Shown: positions 27,601 through 34,995 of the stretch, in pieces
Layout: the number at the start of each line of letters is the position of its first letter
Position numbering within the stretch: the stretch's first letter is position 1
IMG/VR virus record: IMGVR_UViG_3300050162_000123
Location: 1-37,210 of that record
Strand: one strand, 5' to 3'
Length of the DNA stretch: 37,210 bases
Source of the DNA: a virus
Lineage: Duplodnaviria; Caudoviricetes
Position numbers and translations under genes: made by a program
The notes under the pieces: generated by a model
Databases searched by the model: none
What the model was told of the DNA's origin: nothing
The model's input: only the letters and a program-made list of their open reading frames with translations

Positions 27601-29355
27601 ACGGCCACGACAACCGCGACTATCGATGTGGTGGCATATAGTGCAACCAAGGCATGGGTCGGCGACGTATGTAACGCATCAAAAAGCACCACGGGGTGGG
27701 GTGCGATCAGCGCATCTGGGACGGTGCCTTCCGGGGTATCCTTCGTGCTCGTGCTGATAGGCGTGTCTGGAGCCGCTGGGGATCTGGCGTTCTTCGATAA
27801 CCTATATCTCGGCAAAGTCATCGTCGCCGGGATGCTGGCGGCGAATAGCGTTGTGGCCGGGAACGTGGCCGCGAAGGCGATCAGTGTCGAGAGCCTCACC
27901 GTCGCCAATTTCGACAACCTCGTCCCAAATCCCAACTGCTCAATCACCAACCCGACAGCGGGGAGCCTGGAGTCCGTGGGGCTTTCCTATGATGGCGGGT
28001 CGTGGACGGGAACTAATGGCTACTGCCGGCGCCTCACCTGGGCGGCGGGCGTGGATACTGGGTACGCGTTCTATGTTGCCGAGGTGTCCGTCAACCCTGG
28101 TGATGAATACTATTTCGAGTTCAAGGGGCTCAGGAATGTAAACCCTAGCGACGGGATGGTCTACGGCGGGCTTGTCTTCCTGAGCGACACAGCCAGTGAT
28201 ATCGCCCCGCCGAGTGGCGCCGGCACGGGAGCAATCAGCGGGATCTCAACCTACTCTGGGTGGGCCGTGGCCCCGACAGGTGCCACTAAAATGCGCCTCA
28301 TCCTGCGGCACTACGGCGGGACCCTCGCCGGGGATGCCCTGTTCAACTTCTTTTACCTCCGCCGACGGGCTAACGCATCGGTCATTGTGGACGGCAGCAT
28401 CACTGCGGCCAAACTAGCCGCGACGCTCATAACCACCTCTGACATCCGATCTACGAACTTTTCTTCTGGGGCTTCAGGGACCGCGCCATCCGGGTTCCGC
28501 ATCTCTGGCTACACCTTCACGACGACCTATAAGGATGGGTCCACTGGCACATCTAATATGGAGATAGGTGGGGACGTCAATATTGGAGGTTACAAGGCCT
28601 TGACCGTGGTTGACCTAGCCGTGAATCGTTCCATGGTTATCTCCACAGCTGGGACTTATGATTTCGTGATTCCTGCTGGGGTCTTCCTACTCGATATTCA
28701 GATGCAGGGATCCGGAAACGGTGGTTACGGCTACGATGCCTCGACGTCCTCTTACGGGAGCATCGGTGGATATGCTGGTGGCTATGTCAGGCACCAACTT
28801 CCTGTGACCCCTGGAAACACGGTCAGGTTCGTCCTCGGTTCTCCTGGGGAAGGAGGCCCAACTGGATCTGGAAGCACTGCTGTGTCTGTCGGAACGAGGG
28901 CCACGGAGACGAACTTCCAGTATCCAGTGGGGACCAAGATCTTCAAGGTAGGAGACACCCCTGTTGGCGACTATCAGAACGACATGATTTCCTTCATCCC
29001 TGGCGGGGTCAGTATCGGGACTCGGAGTTCTTCCACTGTCGGTAGTAACGCTGTGGCATCTACGCCAGTATCCACCTCTGGAGGCGTAGTCCTACTTGGT
29101 GGCTGGGGAGGCCCTCGTGGCTACAAGGGTGCAGCCTCTGCAGATGGCTGTTGGCAGGGTGGAGATGCCCCCAACACGTCGTCCACTTGCGGAGGCGGAG
29201 GAGGCTCATCTGCGATGGGTCGCGGAGGAACGCAGGGCAATGCTGCATCTGCTGCCACAGCTGGTTTCGGACCAGGAGCTGGCGGGGGTGGTGCCAGCAC
29301 GACCTACAAGACGGGCGGAGCAGGCGTCATTGGTCGTTTCATTATTAAGTGGTGA
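24652..29355 (+). CDS. Central tail tip / host-specificity protein (Phage-tail_3, megatron-like) with two CBM-like modules and Gly-rich C-terminus
   Basis: S.YG..LP..YGT.RI.GNLI N-terminus, LEPLD.VTL, IYIKLQSFN; two NL(I/V)PNPN modules. Confidence 0.88.
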   Translation: MSGIFGKSTHTYSDRLVGLSFSSSTYGQPLPLAYGTPRINGNLIDYDDFSTHANTTSASGKGGGSTSTNYTYSASMVFALCEGGAGGIAQVGRVWRDKEIETLAYYGFTLKNGAWGQSAYSYWSSNHAAKALPYSGTAYAAIANFALGDTNSTGTWGFETMALLATETDTNQQISLGTGNGTNPTFELLDANGMSITDLSGYPSRLFYVQGVATTAYTLGTVNGNYYVTFTTAPTNGASVTWAGTSVLAKDARPESVVSDFLTNAYYGAGWASARIADLSAGASSYGVYCQAMGFAISPVFKESKAAKDHLQDILDATNAEALMSPDNTGRMVLKVVPLGDQSISANGTTYTPTIAVRAALTYDDFLGVLDASGVPTGDDAITIERVSPADVKNIVPVNFSDRMDAYNTGNAQEPEQTDVAQNGEKKDSAKDMPMIVRRAHAKTISKILAQRNCWVRNTYTFKVGWKWILLEPLDFVTLTDPILGLNAQLVRIDSVEMPEESGEEDGLTIVASDWPYGTGHATVYGATEGGGSGTTVNGQADPGNTTAVVFDSPASYSASGGPELLVAATGGSKWGGCNVWASLDGATYSQVGTIGDKGRFGTLTAALAVGGNASVDLSASTGTLTSVTAAVAASGQTLCWCDGELMGYSTATLTSGYAYTLALPLRGAIDTVAASHASGKSFVRLDGGIFRYAVPSSQLGTAIYIKLQSFNTLGGGVQDLSTLSPVTYTPTSQGTYANSSGSTSSSSAARSASSDWLTRDKKPTLVNSYNTESASYMALSAQAQGLAIGYTAYQNAWTAVMGFLTALTPAWSDTTQDTYLGSGGGDTLTSLWSTLTAAEAALVTTITQTIASNAASAAAIAAQNAAISAAATTAMQKADYTTDGVHINGTTLAGASITAAAMANSNSTNLIPNPNSEATAPTGGWPSGALEAVGLSSSSAYAGTKSRMVQTTTGTQTWLAITAYIACNPGEQFFVQAYTAPNTATTTATIDVVAYSATKAWVGDVCNASKSTTGWGAISASGTVPSGVSFVLVLIGVSGAAGDLAFFDNLYLGKVIVAGMLAANSVVAGNVAAKAISVESLTVANFDNLVPNPNCSITNPTAGSLESVGLSYDGGSWTGTNGYCRRLTWAAGVDTGYAFYVAEVSVNPGDEYYFEFKGLRNVNPSDGMVYGGLVFLSDTASDIAPPSGAGTGAISGISTYSGWAVAPTGATKMRLILRHYGGTLAGDALFNFFYLRRRANASVIVDGSITAAKLAATLITTSDIRSTNFSSGASGTAPSGFRISGYTFTTTYKDGSTGTSNMEIGGDVNIGGYKALTVVDLAVNRSMVISTAGTYDFVIPAGVFLLDIQMQGSGNGGYGYDASTSSYGSIGGYAGGYVRHQLPVTPGNTVRFVLGSPGEGGPTGSGSTAVSVGTRATETNFQYPVGTKIFKVGDTPVGDYQNDMISFIPGGVSIGTRSSSTVGSNAVASTPVSTSGGVVLLGGWGGPRGYKGAASADGCWQGGDAPNTSSTCGGGGGSSAMGRGGTQGNAASAATAGFGPGAGGGGASTTYKTGGAGVIGRFIIKW

Positions 29356-29408
29356 GTAGCAATTTGAAAATCACATATCAGGCATAAAACATAATATAAG
29401 GACTAAAA

Positions 29409-29882
29409 ATGTCTACTACTGAAGATCTCAGCCTATCTATCGCCCAGCTATCCGGGCAGATCTATGCACTCACCGCCGCGAAGACCAAGGTGGACTCCAT
29501 CTCGTCAGAGATCGCCGCCATGCAGGTATCTGCAAACTCGTCTTTGGCGACAGCTACCGCTGAACTGAAGGGGATGGCCAGCTACCGCAAGACCTCATCC
29601 GTGGATGACGCTGCTACCGAGGAGCGCACGGCTGGGCAGACTGCCGTGGTGCTAGCCGTGAAGGCTGATGCCTCGATGAGTGAGGACGCTGCGATTGAGG
29701 CGTGGAGAGTGGGAGCCATGGGTGCGAGACCTGTGGGCCGTAAATGGCTCCTATGTGATCCAGCCAGCCTGCTCAAGGAATACGAGGCCATCATGGTCGC
29801 AGCCGGGGTATTTGCGACAGCCGACTGGGAGACATTCCGGGCATGGATCGTGGCGACGCCCATTGCCGACATGGGGCTGTGA
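29409..29882 (+). CDS. Hypothetical protein (possible tail fibre chaperone or accessory)
   Basis: AAGGA RBS after an AT-rich gap; N-terminal coiled coil. Confidence 0.7.
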   Translation: MSTTEDLSLSIAQLSGQIYALTAAKTKVDSISSEIAAMQVSANSSLATATAELKGMASYRKTSSVDDAATEERTAGQTAVVLAVKADASMSEDAAIEAWRVGAMGARPVGRKWLLCDPASLLKEYEAIMVAAGVFATADWETFRAWIVATPIADMGL

Positions 29883-30045
29883 GGTGGGACCCGTCCGACT
29901 CTGCGCGCCCTCCCCGCCGGGGGGGCGCGGAAGGCGGGGCGAACAAGCTGCACTAGTCGTAGTGCGGGCTCGCAAAGAAAAAAGTACCCGGTTTTTGCCC
30001 GGAAATACCCCAAAAAACGGGCAAAAAGTGGCAATTCCCCGGGCA

Positions 30046-30069
30046 CAAGAAAGCCCCCAATCGGGGGCT
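30046..30069 (-). terminator. Intrinsic terminator downstream of int and the tRNA 3' fragment
   Basis: Minus strand AGCCCCC-gatt-GGGGGCT-TTCTTG. Confidence 0.75.
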
Positions 30070-30081
30070 AAGTGCTTGATA
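30069..30081 (-). promoter_or_regulatory. IHF-binding consensus in attP
   Basis: TATCAAGCACTTA is an exact match to WATCAANNNNTTR. Confidence 0.75.
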
Positions 30082-30085
30082 TTAC

Positions 30086-30132
30086 TGGAGCCAACTACAG
30101 GAATCGAACCTGCGACCTGCTGATTACGAATC
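30086..30132 (-). other. attP core: 3' half of tRNA-Thr(CGT)
   Basis: Minus strand GA-TTCGTAA-TCAGC-AGGTC-GCAGG-TTCGATT-CCTGT-AGTTGGC-T-CCA gives anticodon loop, T arm, 3' acceptor strand and CCA. The 5' half is absent. Lies 85 nt from the int stop. Confidence 0.92.
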
Positions 30133-30217
30133 GGGCGATTGGGTGCGCTGAAACCTAATGGTAGCGCGTGTTTCGGCGGGGTGTCTAGTCATGGTACCCG
30201 GTTTTCTCTCGAAAACC

Positions 30218-31231
30218 TCATCCGGCTCCCCACAATTCCGACTGGTGTTTGGCCTGCTCTTCGAGGCTCGTCTCCTGGTAGATCAGGGTCGTCCTCGGGT
30301 CGGCATGGCCCATCATAGCTTGGGTGTCCTTGAGGGAGGTCCCCTTCCGGAGATGCAGGGTCGCGAAGGTCGCCCGCATGCGGTGGATGCCGATGACTGG
30401 GACCTTGAGTGCCTCCGCCCCCCTGGCCAGGGCTTGCCTCAACCAGCCTTGCACATGGGGCTTGCCGTCCTCCCCGGGGAACACCAGCCCAATGGCGGGG
30501 CGAGGGACCGGCCCGGGGCCTTCGCCAAAGACCATCCACCCGAGCGCGGTGAGGACCCGGCGCGGGATGCTGACTCTCCGGATCTTCCCGCCCTTGCCGT
30601 GGATGACCGCCACATCCTCTTGGAGGTGGGCCCACTGGAGCCCCAGGATCTCCTTTTCTCTCATGCCCAACATCATCGCGCAGCACAGGGCCGCAGGGAT
30701 CTGGAGGTTCTCCCGGGTGCAGGCCTCCAGGAACTCGTCGATCTTATCCAGGGGCACCACCGGGCGTTCCCGCTGGGGGGGCTTCTCTTGCCTGAGCTTA
30801 CAGGGCAGCTCCCGCATGTAGCCTTCCCCGATGGCCCACCGGAGCCAGAGCTTGAGATACCGCAGCACTTGGTTGAGGCTGGCCCTGGAGTGGCTCTGGA
30901 GGTAATCCCCCGCCCACCCGTCGATGGTTCCCTGGGTGAGGCGGTCGATGGCGATCTTGTGGAGGGGCTCCACGGACGCCAGGCACTGCTTAGCGGCTCT
31001 CAGGTGGGATGGGCTGACAGTCTTGCCCTTGGTCGAGATCCATGCGTGAGCGATGCCCTTGAGGCTCGGGGCCTTCCGGATCTTGTGATGACCCAGAATG
31101 GTCTCCGTGTAGACCTGCTCTGCGATCTGCTTCGCGGTCTCCTTGTCCGTGGCCTTGCTGGAGCGGAAGATCTCCATCCCGCCAGCCTCGAAGCGGTAGT
31201 ACCAGAACTTCCCCTTCTTGATGAGCTTCAC
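30218..31231 (-). CDS. int: Tyrosine integrase
   Basis: GMREKEI (R), GKGGK (K), HRMR (HxxR), MGH, TTLIY (Y); N-terminal arm-binding-like beta domain. Confidence 0.95.
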   Translation of the reverse strand: MKLIKKGKFWYYRFEAGGMEIFRSSKATDKETAKQIAEQVYTETILGHHKIRKAPSLKGIAHAWISTKGKTVSPSHLRAAKQCLASVEPLHKIAIDRLTQGTIDGWAGDYLQSHSRASLNQVLRYLKLWLRWAIGEGYMRELPCKLRQEKPPQRERPVVPLDKIDEFLEACTRENLQIPAALCCAMMLGMREKEILGLQWAHLQEDVAVIHGKGGKIRRVSIPRRVLTALGWMVFGEGPGPVPRPAIGLVFPGEDGKPHVQGWLRQALARGAEALKVPVIGIHRMRATFATLHLRKGTSLKDTQAMMGHADPRTTLIYQETSLEEQAKHQSELWGAG

Positions 31232-31473
31232 GACGCACCTCGGTATCGCTGCGCAAGCATCCGGTCCCGCACTTCAAGGGTCAAGGGATCCTGCTCCTGG
31301 ACGCCAATGAGCCAGGCGCGCACAGCGGCCCACGAGAACCTGGGCTTCTTCCCCCCGGGTATGGTTGGCATCCCGGCCCGGATCCAGCCATGGATGCGGC
31401 GTGTCCCGGCATGCACCCCAAGTTCTTCCCGGAGTGTGGAGACGAGTTCTTGCTGGGTTAAAAGGGACTTCAT
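31228..31473 (-). CDS. xis: Excisionase-like winged-HTH protein
   Basis: LLTQQEL...RRIHGWIRAGMP....PRFSWAAVRAWL; GAGGA RBS; coupled to int. Confidence 0.75.
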   Translation of the reverse strand: MKSLLTQQELVSTLREELGVHAGTRRIHGWIRAGMPTIPGGKKPRFSWAAVRAWLIGVQEQDPLTLEVRDRMLAQRYRGAS

Positions 31474-31510
31474 TGGGTTTTCCTCAGGAATTGTGGAAAT
31501 AGTGGATGGG

Positions 31511-32740
31511 TCATGCCACTTCATAGTCGAGGTTGAAGGTGGAGGTACGCTCAAGCACCACCGCCTTAATCAGGGCGGAAACCGTGTTCACGGGGCAGGC
31601 ATTCCCGATCATCTTCACCTGGTCCCGCTTGGTGAGGGGCTTGCCTCCATGCCCCAGCCAGCGGAAATCCTCCGGGAACCCCATGGCGCGGGCCAGTTCC
31701 TTGGGCTCCAGCATCCGCATGCCGATGTCGGTGATGACGTAGGTCTCCCCGTCGATCTCCACGGTCACCAGCCCGTGGCGGGCCAGGGTCGTGACGGTGT
31801 GGAGCGGGTCGGCGGGGTCCTGGTGCTGACCGCCCTGGCCGTAGTAGTGCTGGATGAAGGCGGCGCAGATGGCCTTCTCCCCCCGGTTCGCGGTGGTGAC
31901 CGTCTTCAGGGGCTCGTCGATGTTCTCCAGGCGTCCACCGTGGGTCAGGTTGACGATGAAGGGGCGGCCCCGGAGCACATAGCGCTCCACCCCGGCAGCG
32001 ATCCTCCGCATCGTGGCATCGGCCAAGGGGCGCTTGCGGTCGAAGATCGAGGGGACCGGGATGCTCCAGTCGATGCATTCAGCCGCAGTGCGCCAGGTGG
32101 GAAGGTGGCCCGTGAACATGTCGGCACCCTTCTTGGGGTCCCGGTGGGTGGGCTCGGGCCAGTGAACGCCCCGGCCATCCTTCGCAGCCTGAAGGAAGAA
32201 CCGCCTCCTAGTCGTGGGGTCGCCGTAGTCCGCAGCGCAGAGAATGCGCCACTCGTGCCGGTAACCGAGGGCGGTGAGCTTGCCCAGGAAGGCCCGGAAG
32301 AACTCGCCCTTGCGCTCCTTGATGGGCTGGCCCTCGTCGTTCAGTGGCCCCCAGTCGGCGAACTCCGGCACGTTCTCGATCAGGAGCACGTCCACATTGG
32401 CGACCCGCAGCCATCGGTCCACCACCTCATCGGCATGGCTCCGCTGCTGGTCATCCTTGGGCTTGCCGCCCCTGGCCCGGGAGTGGTGCACGCAGGAGGG
32501 CGAGGCCCAAAGCATGTCGATGTGGGTGAGGCCGAAGTCCCGGGCGGTGACCTCGGTGATGTCCTCCTGGTGGACATGGACGCCGGGGAAGTTCTGGCCA
32601 TGCGTGGCCACGGCCAGGTCCCAGTGGTTGACCGCATGAGATACCCAGCCGGTGGTGTCGATGCCGAGCTGGCGGAAGGCCAACTCTTTGCCGGCGCTTT
32701 CGCCCCCGGCACCGCAGAAGAGGGAAACGGTGGTGGTCAC
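31511..32740 (-). CDS. Orphan DNA cytosine-C5 methyltransferase
   Basis: LFCGAGG (I), SPSC (IV), ENV (VI), T.RRRFF (VIII), IGNA (X). Confidence 0.93.
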   Translation of the reverse strand: MTTTVSLFCGAGGESAGKELAFRQLGIDTTGWVSHAVNHWDLAVATHGQNFPGVHVHQEDITEVTARDFGLTHIDMLWASPSCVHHSRARGGKPKDDQQRSHADEVVDRWLRVANVDVLLIENVPEFADWGPLNDEGQPIKERKGEFFRAFLGKLTALGYRHEWRILCAADYGDPTTRRRFFLQAAKDGRGVHWPEPTHRDPKKGADMFTGHLPTWRTAAECIDWSIPVPSIFDRKRPLADATMRRIAAGVERYVLRGRPFIVNLTHGGRLENIDEPLKTVTTANRGEKAICAAFIQHYYGQGGQHQDPADPLHTVTTLARHGLVTVEIDGETYVITDIGMRMLEPKELARAMGFPEDFRWLGHGGKPLTKRDQVKMIGNACPVNTVSALIKAVVLERTSTFNLDYEVA

Positions 32741-32976
32741 GGCTTCTCCTCCATGGCTGCCCGCGCAGCGTTGCGGTTTCCCTTGCGCCCCTCCAGGTAG
32801 GCCCTGGCGCTGATGCGGGCCAGCTCGTAGCGCTTCATGGCTAGGCAGGGCTCAAGGTAGCCGTGCTGATCGTCCTTGCTGTGGTGGAAGTCGTCGCACT
32901 CCAGGGCATCGGGGAGGGCCTCCAGCAGCCGTTTTAACAGGGTTTCGGGGTAGGTGAGGGGTGGGATGCGGCTCAC
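32737..32976 (-). CDS. Hypothetical protein, 79 aa (His/Cys cluster CDDFHH..DQH...PC)
   Basis: GGAGG RBS plus GTG start; flanked by 16-bp direct repeats. Confidence 0.7.
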   Translation of the reverse strand: MSRIPPLTYPETLLKRLLEALPDALECDDFHHSKDDQHGYLEPCLAMKRYELARISARAYLEGRKGNRNAARAAMEEKP

Positions 32977-33497
32977 GGCTTCTCCTCCCCTTCCAGGGCT
33001 TCGCGGACCTCCACCGGATTGGCGCACTTCCCGGCTGCCATGCCGTCCCAGTGGACTAGGGCGAACCGGACACCTCCCCGTGAGATGGGGGCATTGAGCA
33101 GGTTGATGATTCGCGCCCTCTCCTCGCGGGCTCCCTCCTGGCGGGCGGTGGCGAGGGGAAGGGTCTGGCACTCCATGTTGAATGCCTTCTCCTGCTCCAG
33201 CTCCTCCCGTAGTCTGTCCTGCTCGGCAATGGCTTTGGCGGCGATGGTGCGGAGTTTCCCGGCCACGCTGGCGATGGCACATCCCCATCCGTAGGCATCC
33301 AAGTACTTTATTGAGTCGAAAACAGGAATGCTCGGCAGCTCCCCCTCTGCCTTTTCGTAGGCGGCAAGACGGGCGCGGAGGTTGTCGACTTCCGTCACCA
33401 AATCTGTCGCCAAGGTGTCACCAGCGGCGTTATTGCGCTCCACCGCCTCAAGCCTACGCTCCAGGTCGATAATCCTAGATAGGGTTTGATCGTTCAT
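32973..33497 (-). CDS. Hypothetical coiled-coil protein, 174 aa
   Basis: AAGGAGG RBS before ATG 33497; overlaps both neighbours by 4 nt. Confidence 0.7.
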   Translation of the reverse strand: MNDQTLSRIIDLERRLEAVERNNAAGDTLATDLVTEVDNLRARLAAYEKAEGELPSIPVFDSIKYLDAYGWGCAIASVAGKLRTIAAKAIAEQDRLREELEQEKAFNMECQTLPLATARQEGAREERARIINLLNAPISRGGVRFALVHWDGMAAGKCANPVEVREALEGEEKP

Positions 33498-33970
33498 GCG
33501 GTCCTCCTTATGAGTGCCAACCCTTGCGTTTTGAGTTCCGCAGCTCGTCGGCTTCTTCTCCGTCTTGTGCTGATTTTGTTGGCGCAATCGGTGCACATTC
33601 TGCGACCTGCAGGAGGGTCTCCGTGGAAACACACGGTGCACTTGCCTACTGCTATCGCCTGCGCCTTCCTTTTGGCTCGGTATGCAAGGGACGCCTCGAC
33701 CTTTGCCTCTAGGCATACTGCGCATAGCGTGCCGCCCGGTACTGCCTCTCTGTCTGGGTGACGCTCACAGTTCCCCCAGATTCGAGCGTTGGCCCTGGCC
33801 TTATTCTGCGCCTTGACCCTCAGAGCGTTCATTTTTGGTCTGCACGCGGGGCAGGCTTGACGAGTCTCCCCATCTGGCAGGGGCTTCCCGCATGACACGC
33901 ATCGGCGATCCCTGACATATCGCGCCCTGCGCTCCCGCTCATCCTTGCGTTTCTGGGATGGTGTCTTCAC
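33494..33970 (-). CDS. Basic Cys-rich protein with three zinc-finger-like repeats
   Basis: CVSC..CPAC, CERH..CAVC, CTVC..CTDC separated by basic helices. Confidence 0.75.
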   Translation of the reverse strand: MKTPSQKRKDERERRARYVRDRRCVSCGKPLPDGETRQACPACRPKMNALRVKAQNKARANARIWGNCERHPDREAVPGGTLCAVCLEAKVEASLAYRAKRKAQAIAVGKCTVCFHGDPPAGRRMCTDCANKISTRRRRSRRAAELKTQGLALIRRTA

Positions 33971-34200
33971 AGAGCCTCCTCGATCAACCTCACCGCCGTC
34001 CCAATGGCGTGGAACAACTCGTCCCGCAGATGGTTCCGGGTCTTCGCGGTGGGGTCCATCCGGTGCTTCTCGATGGCCTGGAGGGCCTCCCCCATCTCCT
34101 GGACGGCCCCGCTCCTGCGGTCATCCAGGGATGTTGATGGGTGCTTGACGCGGGAGTGGCTGATGGTGGATTGAATGTCTGCGATGGTGGAGGGCTTCAC
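33967..34200 (-). CDS. MazG-like NTP pyrophosphohydrolase-fold protein
   Basis: EMGEALQA...LRDELFHAIGTAVRLI resembles the ExGE...EL.D pattern (degenerate). Confidence 0.55.
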   Translation of the reverse strand: MKPSTIADIQSTISHSRVKHPSTSLDDRRSGAVQEMGEALQAIEKHRMDPTAKTRNHLRDELFHAIGTAVRLIEEAL

Positions 34201-34361
34201 GCGGCCTCCCTGATCCCGCTCACACGGGGATGCTGCAACCCCTCGGCCAATGCCGCAGCGATGGCCCCGCGTCCCGCCTTCTGGGGGCTCTCGGCGTGGA
34301 CTTCCATCTCTTGGTCGGGCTGGTTGGGGTGGCTGATGGTGATGTAGTAGATGTGGGTCAC
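34197..34361 (-). CDS. Hypothetical protein, 54 aa
   Basis: GGGAGG RBS plus GTGA overlap. Confidence 0.65.
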   Translation of the reverse strand: MTHIYYITISHPNQPDQEMEVHAESPQKAGRGAIAAALAEGLQHPRVSGIREAA

Positions 34362-34561
34362 ACTGCCTCCCAAATATCAAAAGGCAATTGCACACCAGCC
34401 GTGGCCTCGTGTACCGCGTCCTCGTATGCCTTAAGCGCGGCCTCGTCGGCGGCCTCCCAGATGGCTGTATTGCCGATCTCGGCCTCACATCGGCTCCACT
34501 CCCGGAAACCGCGCATCCGCTCCGCCAGCCTCTTAGCGGCGTCCTTGATTGGGTCTGACAT
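34358..34561 (-). CDS. Hypothetical protein, 67 aa
   Basis: GGAG RBS; operon packing. Confidence 0.7.
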   Translation of the reverse strand: MSDPIKDAAKRLAERMRGFREWSRCEAEIGNTAIWEAADEAALKAYEDAVHEATAGVQLPFDIWEAV

Positions 34562-34564
34562 GTC

Positions 34565-34633
34565 TTACTCCGTCTCTGAGTAATGGGCCTCCAGCACCAG
34601 CCAGAAGCCCAGGATTGCGATGAGGGCGAGCAC
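34565..34633 (-). CDS. Putative 22-aa single-TM peptide (MLALIAILGFWLVLEAHYSETE)
   Basis: GGAGG RBS 5 nt before GTG; hydrophobic core. Confidence 0.5.
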   Translation of the reverse strand: MLALIAILGFWLVLEAHYSETE

Positions 34634-34648
34634 TCGCGCCTCCAGATA

Positions 34649-34785
34649 GAACCCCGCCGCAGGGAGCACCCCGCAAGGTGCGCCATGTGATTTCCGCCCT
34701 TTTCCATCAGCTCTGCCCTAGCCTCATGCGTATGTATGGGTTGGGTTGCTGGGTCGGCCCCTGTTCGGCACGGCGGGGTGAGTTC
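34649..34785. ncRNA. Candidate structured RNA element (multi-stem, C4-like outline)
   Basis: Closing stem ACCCCGCCG/CGGCGGGGT, inner CAGGG/CCCTG, GCACC/GGTGC hairpin and a longer G-U-containing hairpin; sits in the largest internal gap of the early operon. Confidence 0.45.
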
Positions 34786-34790
34786 GTAGT

Positions 34791-34985
34791 TCAGGCGCTC
34801 AGTCCGAGCACCTGGTCAGCAGCGGGCGCTACCATCTCCATGCAGAGGTCCAGTGCCTCCGCAGGGCTGTCCTGGTACTCGCCTCGGTAGGTTTCCTCAC
34901 CGCTACTATCCTGGACAGTAGGGAGCCAGCCAAGGGCCGGGATATGGATGATGTGGATCTGGTAGTCAGTATCGAATCTGCTCAT
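34791..34985 (-). CDS. Hypothetical protein, 64 aa
   Basis: AGGAG RBS. Confidence 0.7.
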   Translation of the reverse strand: MSRFDTDYQIHIIHIPALGWLPTVQDSSGEETYRGEYQDSPAEALDLCMEMVAPAADQVLGLSA

Positions 34986-34995
34986 GGGTGGGCTC

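Noticed and set aside
29904-29965. GC hairpin and GCACTA-gtcg-TAGTGC palindrome as terminator or extra operator
   Set aside because: No U tract, and the half-sites are in the opposite orientation to the repressor operator; function unsupported.
30086-30160. Complete tRNA gene
   Set aside because: D arm and 5' acceptor strand are missing; it is an att fragment.
30158-32800. 880-aa plus-strand ORF
   Set aside because: Antisense shadow of int, xis and the methyltransferase in GC-rich DNA; no recognisable motifs.
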